DNA of 64,000 bases from Fimicolochytrium jonesii (taxonomy: Eukaryota): contig NW_026515701.1 in the NCBI RefSeq assembly GCF_025526975.1, positions 1 to 64,000 on the forward strand, given 5' to 3'. The position numbers were made by a program, and so were the translations under genes. The notes under the pieces are model-generated. The model did no database searches. It was given only the letters and a program-made list of their open reading frames with translations, and had not been told where the DNA came from. This document shows, piece after piece, positions 1 to 10,141 of the stretch (the stretch's first letter is position 1; the number at the start of each line of letters is the position of its first letter).

Positions 1-578
1 AAACCACAACCGGAGGGGTCGCTATCCAAAATATGCAATATAATCAAGCCGTTCCCAAAGCGACCCTTGTCACTGCTTCTGCAAACACTAGAGATGTTTC
101 CGGTGCGTTAACTACGGGCACATTCGCAGCAAGTGGTTCAGCAACTGTGAATTCCTTGACATGCAATACGAACATATATGCTTCACAAATCATTCAATCT
201 GCTGTTTGTATCAAAGACGGTGTTGTAGATACGTTGTTGACCAATGGAAACAGTTATACGGGGGGCTTCGGACCCATTGGATGGAAACCTGGTATGTCCG
301 GGGACGTTTGTCATGTAAGTTTTATGGGGTATATGAATTCGAACAACAGTCGAGTCACGATCACTGTTCAGATATTGGATCAATCCTCTACCGTAGTCGC
401 CTCTAGAGCAGTCTCGTACTACTGTGATATAAACAATTATCAGACTCGCTACCCATTCAGTTTTCAAGTGCCGTTGCTGTTTTCTTCGACGAATACGCAG
501 TTAAGCGCAAGGATTGTCATACCAACATCTATAACATTATCTAATTCATATCTCAACTTTTGGACGCAATGCTACTAA
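1..578 (+). CDS. Intronless Thr/Ser/Asn-rich beta-strand protein, virus fibre/structural-like (open at window start)
   Basis: The frame of ORF 33..578 stays open back to base 3. The DNA is AT-richer than the host genes and has no introns. Its stop overlaps the stop of the convergent ORF at 575-578. The product call rests on composition only. Confidence 0.45.
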   Translation, partial: TTTGGVAIQNMQYNQAVPKATLVTASANTRDVSGALTTGTFAASGSATVNSLTCNTNIYASQIIQSAVCIKDGVVDTLLTNGNSYTGGFGPIGWKPGMSGDVCHVSFMGYMNSNNSRVTITVQILDQSSTVVASRAVSYYCDINNYQTRYPFSFQVPLLFSSTNTQLSARIVIPTSITLSNSYLNFWTQCY

Positions 579-955
579 GTATCAATATCAAGAACGCACG
601 CTCGATGGTCTTTGTCTGTTCCACATGGCATTCTCAGTTGTCCCTTATCGTCTGTGATCCCTGGATACCCGCTCTGAAAAATGAAATCTTTACGGAGACG
701 ATTATTCTTCTTGGTAAAAATAGTGTAAATCTGCTTAAAGATTTCCCGATTCTCGTCATTTACTTTGATATATGCCATGTAACCGGGTTTGTTTAACATA
801 GCCCGACATATTCGTTCCAGACTATCGAGGTCTGCTACGAAAAAACGAATAACAACAACTCCCTCGATACATTTGATATGCGAATTGATTTCAAAAACGT
901 TTGGCATGGCTAATGTCTGATGTATAGTATTCAAATCCTTAATTGGTTGCGACAC
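575..955 (-). CDS. Hypothetical intronless protein in the AT-rich foreign segment
   Basis: 126-aa ORF (first ATG gives MPNVFEIN...). Convergent with 33..578 with overlapping stops. No motif recognised. Confidence 0.4.
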   Translation of the reverse strand: MSQPIKDLNTIHQTLAMPNVFEINSHIKCIEGVVVIRFFVADLDSLERICRAMLNKPGYMAYIKVNDENREIFKQIYTIFTKKNNRLRKDFIFQSGYPGITDDKGQLRMPCGTDKDHRACVLDIDT

Positions 956-1103
956 GCAGAAAGGATGCGGATCTTAGAAGTTAAAGATCATGAAAAGCGT
1001 AGGCGACTTTGGTCAAAGAAGTGTAGAGAAAGTGTCACGAGGATATCTAGGAATCAAATTGAACAAGTATGAGTAGGGAGGGGAAAAGTAGAAGCGGGGG
1101 TAG

Positions 1104-1518
1104 GTAGCCATTAAGAGCAATCCATAGTCATTCAGGTAGCCATTTTTTCTGACTCGACAAAGAACTTTAGATCGAGTGAAAGGTTGAATTTGATAAGAAG
1201 AGTGAAGAGAATAATATGAAGAGAATAGAAAGTAGCCAAGTAGCCATTTATTTTGGAAAGGTGTTATAGTATAAATTTTGATCAACAAGGTGGTGGTGGT
1301 GGATATGACCACCACCTTGAGGAGCACATTTTAATATATACGGAGAGAATTCTGGCAGAAAATGGCTACTTGGCTACCATTTGAAACGCTCGACGAAACG
1401 GCTCGATAAAAATCAGTGAAAGACGCGTGTTCACTCGATAAAGAGGGAAAGTATGGAGAGGAGGGAAATGGCTACGAAACGGCCACGAAGTGGCTATGAA
1501 ATGGCTAAAAATGGCTAC
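1104..1518. repeat. Inverted array of GTAGCCATT/AATGGCTAC motifs around an AT-rich core
   Basis: Forward copies at 1104, 1136, 1232 and 1240. Reverse copies at 1361, 1371, 1467, 1491, 1501 and 1510. Perfect 18-bp IR GTAGCCAAGTAGCCATTT (1232-1249) / AAATGGCTACTTGGCTAC (1360-1377). Confidence 0.8.
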
Positions 1519-1800
1519 CACTCGATAACGTTGTTATTCGCGCAAAGTAACAGGACCAATCCGGAGACAACGGAGAGGGTTTCGTGTAGTCCTGGCAAGA
1601 ATTGGCTCGAAGTCGTTTAATAAAAGAAGGCCCAGCAAGGTCACGTGACTGGAGTCGTGCCGATAGGCTGCTGAGATCTGTAGGATAGGCTGACGAGATC
1701 TGTGGCCCATAGACTCATATGCTGAGAATAGGCTGTTGAGGACTATGGGCCATTGACCCGTAGGCTGTTGAGAAGTATGACCTATAGACCCATAGGCTAC

Positions 1801-1848
1801 TGTCATAGGCCACCCATAGGCTATACAGCCTATGGGTGGCCTATGACA
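1801..1848. repeat. Perfect 22-bp-arm palindrome
   Basis: TGTCATAGGCCACCCATAGGCT-atac-AGCCTATGGGTGGCCTATGACA, within a stretch rich in ATAGGCT-like motifs (1660-1850). Confidence 0.95.
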
Positions 1849-2122
1849 ACCCGCATGAGAGTTGCTCATTGTAGGTTGCCGGAGAGATCTTGAAGGGTGG
1901 TGCTACCATGTAATAATGCTAGGTCCGTTGCCAGAGGCTAGCTCTGTGTCCGCTCGATCTATTGAAAGAATTCTAGAGTTTCTACCTCTTGGGGCGCCGC
2001 CCGAAGGCATTTCTTCCCTTTGGGAGTCACCCCAGAGCGTAGAACTCCAATATAACCTATGCTACACGTGATCTCATGCCCTACGCGCTTCCCCGCACTA
2101 AGGTGACACCTGCAGCACCTGA

Positions 2123-4641
2123 TTACAGGATGTCACCAGCCGCTGATGTCGCTGAGGGTGTAGGCGGAGGAGTAGGCAAATGCTCTTTGGCGAGGGCTTG
2201 GGAAGGCACAGACGTGGCGTCTTGTGAGGCCAACAGGCGGAAGAGCAAGGCTGGCTGTGGCCGTTCCGTTGACCGCAGTTGTTCCAATGCATTTTGAGCC
2301 TTCCTCCAGGATGGCAACGTTTGCAAGTCGGTCATCATGCCTTCTATAGATCCCATGAAGTCTTCCACATGATCAATGCGCTGACTATGCAAAGCGACGT
2401 CGCTACCGACGCCGTTGATGTAACCAGACACAAGCTGCAAAGCCTTGATGGTCATAGCGATGCCCTCGCGCCCGCGTGTATCGATATCTGCAAACATATG
2501 GATGTCAGAGACGTCGGCGATTGTTAAGACAGACAAGCTGAGGTTTAAGCTGTTTTTCGACGTCCCCATTGGGTTCTTGCTCAAAAACGCGATCATCCTG
2601 AGCTTGTCACCAATGAAGGCAATGCACGGACTTACTTGCAGTTACTCGGTCCTCTGACTCCATGACTCGTTTTGTGAGCGCCGCCATCTGGTGCTGTATA
2701 CCTTCTTCAACCGTTGCAACCTTCGTCAGTATGGAGTCGTAAGTTGCTTTGATCGCGACGGCGACATTTGGCAGCACATGCTCGATAGATGCGATTCTTG
2801 GATCTGGTGACGTTTCCTGCGCGGCCTTGACTTTTGCTTGGTATTCGAGAAAGACAGTATTGGCGAAGACCGGATGGAGCCAGATTGGGTTTGCTGGAAA
2901 ATGCGATTGAAGTAATGCGGCATCTTGTAGTAGGCTTTTGCGTAACTTGACTAGCAGGGTTGCCACGTTCTTGCTGGCAATGCAAGGCAGTGTGCGTTCC
3001 TTTGGATCGTGGGCATCGAGTGCTTCTTTAGCCCATGGGAAGATCCGGTCAACTAGTTCCTGTGGCGGTTCGACTTCCCTTGCCAGAAAATACCCGCCTC
3101 CATTTGCAGGCCACTCGCCGATGGCCCGCATCACTTCTTTGGGGACATCCGTGTCATACCCGAGCCGAAATGCACTACAATTCCAAAGCCCCATATTGGT
3201 GATCGCGTTTTTGTTCGCTCCGTTGCCTCTGGCTTCCTTACTACCGGTACCGCGGGTTAAGTGGGTGACCTTGAAAGCGTGAATCCCGACTGCCGCGAAG
3301 GCTGCTTTGAACATCTTGTTGTGCGCTTGGTATGTAAAGCGATTGGGATCATTTCGCAGGCCCCCATCTTCATCGTCTGACAAGAGAACCTCGCGAGTTC
3401 GTTTCCTTCCAGTTTTGGTGATATCCTTTTTCATAAAGTACGTGTTGTACCACAATGCCTTGTCAAACAGATCCGGTGGAGTTTCCTAAGAGTATCCAGA
3501 ATTAGAAACAAGCTGAGAATAACCTCGGTTTCGGGCGTCCCACAACGGGGCATGTCCAAAAGCGCACTAATCCTCAGCTTGTCCACCTCAAGAGAAAGGT
3601 CGACAAGCAACATGCAACATGTTCCTTACCTTGCTTATATGCCATCGGTAGAAGAGATACACTGCAACATGCGCTATGGCGCAGAATATAACGTTCTTTG
3701 CCCGCATGAAACCGACAGTTTCCAATCGCCCAAATTGATTTGTTTTCCCATGCCGCGATGTGAGGTTGACGCCCCATGCTGGCGTGGGTTCTTCATTACC
3801 GTCCAACGGCAGAAAGGCGAAACGGGAGAGTTGTAAACCGCGCATGATTTGGCCTCGCTGAAGGGTGGCGTGTTGGATCAGAAAGGACGTGTAGTTCCGG
3901 AGCCCGGACTCTGGACTTTGCTGCAAAATAGGAATCCTGAATTAGAAGAGGCCAAGCTGAGGTTTATGCGGTTTTTCGACGCGCGCACGCCGGAGACGTC
4001 GGAAAATGCACTAATTTTCAGCTTCCCAACGATCAACCATTCACGCACCTGCGTCCACCAATGCTTCGCTAGATTCAACTTGTCCTTGTTGTCGTAAGAA
4101 TCACCTGTACTCCCGATCCCTCGATCTTTCAACGCTTTATAATCGTTGTTATACTGATCCCTACTCTGAGTTTTCAGCATCTCCTTTATTGTGGTCGTTC
4201 GAGGATAATTGGGTTTGATGTTCTCGCCCAATGCCTGCTGGGAATGGAACAAGTCCGTCACGGCATTGACGTACTGGTCCAACATAGCCCGTGACATGGG
4301 TTTTCTGGATGGTAGGGCTGTCCTTTATTGTTCAATGCCCCCCGGGGCTTGACATATTCGTTGAGCCACAGAAGGACTTTGCCCGGCGTGACCTTTTGCG
4401 AGCGCCTGTTGGTGTCGCACCATGCCAGATACGACCTCGCACGGTGGCCATATGCGTTGTTAGTCTCAACCGGCCTCGCTCGTTGGTTCTTTTTCATTTG
4501 TTTAATGGTGCTTTGGTGAACTTCCGCATCCTGCACGTCTTCCAAGTCCTCCACTATGCTATCGTCGTCCCTCGGGGCGTCACCATCGTCCAGACCAGCT
4601 GCAGCGGCGGCCTCTGTGGTTGCTGTAGGGGTCGCAGCCAT
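2123..4641 (-). pseudogene. Crypton tyrosine recombinase (NDC10-II-like), spliced, with one frameshift
   Basis: Motifs ATLQRG, GKTNQFGR, KVTHLTRG, MGLWN...LGY carry the YR catalytic R, K, HxxR, W and Y. GT-AG introns 3921-4048, 3486-3629 and 2488-2635 keep the frame. There is a frameshift near 4300 and no GCR1_C domain was recognised. Confidence 0.85.
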
Positions 4642-4954
4642 GTCGTTGCCGTCCAGTGTGTCCAAGCTGAGAATTATGCCAATTTTCAACGTCGCTTTGG
4701 ACTTCTCGCCCGAAAACGCAATAACCCTCAGCTGTACAAACGAATGCCGTCACCCGGCCTATGGTCACACGCATAACTAATCATTTCCATTGTACCCATG
4801 TATGGCAGAAATCCCCCATTGAGGGCATTTCCGTTTTCTATTAGTGCCGTACATAGTCATTTCCCAAGATACATAGGGGGGTCACGTGACTCGCATTACT
4901 GGTCTAGTTCTCAGTAACGTGAACGCGTTACTGGTGTCACTGACCCGATAGGTA

Positions 4955-5786
4955 CACTCAGTGGACATAAAGCTGTGTGCATGCCAGATTAAGTCAGTGT
5001 CTGACGCGCGTTGCGCGACATCAACTCATCATCCTTAATCTTGGGGCATTGCGAAACCTGACCTAAATGAATGGATCTAGATCTGAATTTCGCTAATACC
5101 TAGTTGTCCCCCCATTGGCTGCGATTACGGCTGCCATTCTTGATGGCATTGACCGTGTCAATGCATCAAGATGCGGCTGCATTGTGGGCCATACAGTTTG
5201 CACAACGTTGTCCAACATTCCAGGGGTAGGGTTCGCTTTCGATACCTTCCGTTTGAGCATTGCCCACAGATTCTCAATCGGATTGAGATCTGGACTCTGC
5301 GCTGGCCAGGGAAGAAGCTCAATGCCGTGTTCATCAAAGAACTGTCGAGTTTCAGCCGATGTATGAATAGGGGCGTTGTCTGCGGAACAACAATACTGCG
5401 GAAGGCAGCCAAATCATCGTCAGAAGGCTGGTACTTAGCTGGTCTTCCTGTTGGCTTCTTCGATGGATAGGCGGTTGGTGCAGTGGCACTCTCGTTCGCA
5501 AACCTCTTAATAGTGTTCCTCACAGTATTCCTGTGAACGTGCTCCTGCCTTGCAATTTCAGATGTCGTCTTGCCTGCTATATGGAGGGCAACTATGGCTG
5601 CCCTTTTTTGTGGTGTGAGAGGTTTCCCCATAGCTGAGGTGGTGAAGATGTTGGCGTGCATTTCGCCATCACGGCTTCGTCGCTGGCTTCAATACTCAAG
5701 CTTGCGGCTCCAAAACGCGCGGTGCGCTTTGTGAAACGGTCATTGAAATCCATATGGGGTGCACACAGCTTTTTGTCCACCGACTG
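4955..5786 (-). mobile_element. Internally deleted Tc1/mariner element
   Basis: TA target duplication at 4953-54 and 5787-88. 26-bp TIRs CACTCAGTGGACATAAAGCTGTGTGC / rc CAGTCGGTGGACAAAAAGCTGTGTGC (3 mismatches). The HTH start MGKPLTPQKRAAIVALH is joined out of frame to DNAPIH...WPAQSPDLNPIENLW. Confidence 0.92.
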
Positions 5787-5926
5787 TACATCGACTACAC
5801 GCTTCGGTATCTGCGCGGCGCGGCTTCGCCATTGAACATCGCACCGCCCAATACACTCAGTATCTCCTCCAAACATACTGTACCACTGAACGTTGAAGAG
5901 GTGGGAAAGACGAGAACGTAAACCGA

Positions 5927-6040
5927 GTCACCTCGCAAAAAGCTGTGCCCCTCATTGAAATCAATGTCGGTCACTCACTTGAATTTGGCTTTGTGGCAGT
6001 CGCTGATTCAATTCCGGGGCACAGCTTTTTGCGAGGTGAC
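5927..6040. repeat. 25-bp perfect inverted repeat (MITE-like)
   Basis: GTCACCTCGCAAAAAGCTGTGCCCC (5927-5951) and its reverse complement (6016-6040). Shares AAAAAGCTGTG with the adjacent Tc1 TIR. Confidence 0.8.
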
Positions 6041-6601
6041 CGTAGCCAATCTCACTGTACCGTTATGCCATGTTACCAGAAAAATTCTAAACCGCGACAA
6101 CCACTGGTCGTCCTGGAAATCCAATAGAAGTATAATCCATAACAACAAGCGGAAGCAAAAACAGGGGGGTTATCCTCCATCGGGGAATACAAACTACTAC
6201 TACTAAGTGTACATACGTACTATAAGGGGGTAACAAAGAAAATCTAAAAATTCGACAAGTCTAAGCAATAGGGGGGGCTCGAGGATGTGTATATGTGACT
6301 ATGGGGAACATGCGGAGGCGTGGGGTACAGTGATGGTTGCTACGCCGTATGTACCAGTCAATTTGAGAGACGACTGTTAATGAGATTTATGTGGGAAGGC
6401 GCCGAGGCAGTGTCAAAATAACCGGCCGGGGGTGCTGAGGTGTTGAGATAGTTTGAACAGTAACTTGGTGTGTTGTGGTGCAGGGGATGCTGGCATTGCA
6501 TGCATTGGTCAGGAAAACGGTGGCCGGCATCGTTTTGGCGGTTTGAGAGAGTGAATGGGAATGTTCTCGTTGTCAAGAGGACGACCGTCAAGTAGCGGAC
6601 C

Positions 6602-8375
6602 TCACATGATGGAGCACCCCTTGCAACAGCCAGCCTCATCCTTCTTCGACCTCTTTCCGCCGTTGTCCGACATTCCCATGCTCTGCATCGGCGGCCGATC
6701 CACCGACATAGACATGCGTCCGTTGGCGGGCTTTCCATTCACAGGCTGTCCGAACCCACTTCGAGTGCGGTTCAGGGGGTCCCTGTTGTTCAGAGTCGGC
6801 GCGAAGGACAGGGCGATGGTCTGACCGGCAGCGGCACCCGCCGAGCGCGCTTCATCGATGGATCGTGAACGCGCGGCGTGGTCGGCGCGGGACTTTGCTT
6901 CTTCGGAGGCCATAAGGGTGAGCAGATCGTTGCGGAGGGCGTCGGAGTCGAGCGTGGCGAGCTGGGAGAAGGTCTTTCGGCGTTCGAGGGCTTTTTGAAC
7001 GGCGAGCTCCATCTCTTCTTCCAGGCTTTGTGGGGCGGCGGAGGGTGTGACCGCGGGAGCAGGGAGGGTGGGGGCGCGCGTGGCTTCTTTCGCGAAGCTC
7101 CGTTTGGTTGTGAGGTTGCTTGCATCTGGTGCGGGTGCGACGGGTAGGGCTTTGTTCCTCGTCTCAATGGCAGCAGTTTCTCTTCTGCGCTGCTCAGCCT
7201 CTGCCTCCGCTACGGCCTTCTTTTGCGCCAGCTCTTTTTCGGCGAGTGCACGCTCGGCGGCCTCCTTTTCCTGTTGGATAGCACGCAGACGAGCTTCCTC
7301 TGCCTCCTGAATCTTGCGTCGAGCGGCTTCCTCCTCTTCTTCGATCTTTTTCCTGGCGGCTTCTTCCTCCTCGGCCTTCTTCCTTGCGGCTTCCTCAATG
7401 GCCCGCTGATTGGCCAGGTAGGCTTCACGCGCCGGTTCGCTCATTTGCTGAGGAAATGGTCCATATAAGAAGGATGTTCTCGCCATCTCAGAGTGTCACA
7501 CAAACCGGAGACATACCTTTAGCATCTGCTGTTCCTCGAACTTCGCCATAGCGTCCTTCTGCTTCCGCAACTTCTCATCCCTAGCAGCCTCCTCCTCCTT
7601 CTGCCTACGAAGCGCATCCTCCCTCTTCAACCTCTCCTCCTCATTCTTCTTCTGCTTCGCAAGTTCCAACTTCGCAAACGCCTCGGCCTCCGCCCTCTTC
7701 AACTCCGCAATCCTCTCCTCCTCAGCCCGCTTCGCAGTCTCAACTTTCTGCCTCTCAAACTGCTCCATCGTCGCCTTCTGCTTCGCCAACAGCTCCAATC
7801 GGGTGGCTTCCTCCTGTTTACGAGCCAGCTCGTCGGCCTCTTTGCGGGATTTTTCCTCGGCTTCGAGTTTCATGCGGAGGACACGGGCTTTTTCGAACAT
7901 CTCGGCTTCTTGGCGCTTCTTCGTTTCCTCGGCTTCCTGTTGGCGACGTCGGGCTTCCTCTCGTTTCTGAACTTCGAATTGGGAGAGAGTTTCTGCTCGT
8001 GAGATCGGGGCTGCTGCAGCAACGTTTCTGTTGACATTGGAATGTTAGAAGAAAGCGTAACCACTTTTTTCCCACGATATCATTCCCACGGTATGGGCAC
8101 CATAGATCTACATACCCAGGTGCAGCGACGTTCAACGCCTCCTTATCATCCAACAACTGTTGAGCCGCTCCACCCTCCACCCGTTCATGCTCCACTTTCT
8201 GCTGTTCGTGGTAAGTGCTCACGTCAGCGGGAGTAGCGATCCCACTATCAATGGCATAGGACGAGTCATAGGCGTGGGTCGCAGCGGCAGCCAGTGGCGA
8301 GACTGAGTGATCGACTGCCGGCGGGGAAGGCGGGACGTATTGGATGGGGCTGTTATGGAGCTCGTCTTCGTCCAT
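6602..8375 (-). CDS. E/K/A-rich coiled-coil protein with a C-terminal CaaX motif (multi-exon)
   Basis: ORFs 7818..8468, 7496..7900 and 6602..7486 are joined by GT-AG introns. Ends ...GCCKGCSIM*. Confidence 0.75.
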
Positions 8376-8998
8376 TGTTATGAGGCGGGGCGTGGGAACT
8401 AGGTGGTGGGAAATTGGTGTTCTGAACGTCGATCCGCTGCTGCTGCGTGCGTGGGGAAGGTCAGTCAAATGCGGAGAGGAACAAAAACAACTACGTATAC
8501 CAAGACGGACCTGTTACGGCCTCCTTCACAAAGTGTGTGCTGCTGAGGAGCGGCTTATGGTTTCTTTGAGGCATCCGCACAATTGCGTCGTCTCCCCAGC
8601 GAGGCGTCCTGTGCCTGCGCGGCGGCCCGCTATGGGAACCACGGTGCGATCGCAAAGCGGGGCGGACCAATCGTGTTGTAACTGTTGCTTTACCATTATC
8701 TATCTGCCGAATGGATTTTGCCTTCACGATTCGCCTTCCAAGTCGATTCAAGGCATCAGAACAGCGGACAACCTATGACAGTCAGCGGTCTTCTACGGGT
8801 TCGTCAGACAGTCCCAATGGTCGCATGAGTGCATTGGTAGCCAGTTCTTCCCAACAAATAGTTTTCTCATTTTCTGTCTTAGCAGTGGGATACAGATCAA
8901 CCTCCAGTTTGGCGTTGCTTCCACCCTACGTTTCGGCAGCGGCGGTCAACCCAACGTAATCTTACGCCTCATCTAGCATTTCCCTCTTCAGCTAGCAT

Positions 8999-10141
<1,143 letters not shown>

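Larger units (their letters stand above)
1639..4891 (-). mobile_element. CryptonF-like tyrosine-recombinase DNA transposon
   Basis: Encodes a YR/NDC10-like protein and is bounded by the direct repeat GGTCACGTGACT at 1639-1650 and 4880-4891. No TIRs. The boundaries are inferred from this repeat. Confidence 0.75.

Noticed and set aside
2123..4641. Starship captain (DUF3435) or domesticated Ndc10
   Set aside because: The GKTNQFGR and KVTHxxR motifs, short direct repeats and frameshift fit a decaying CryptonF better.
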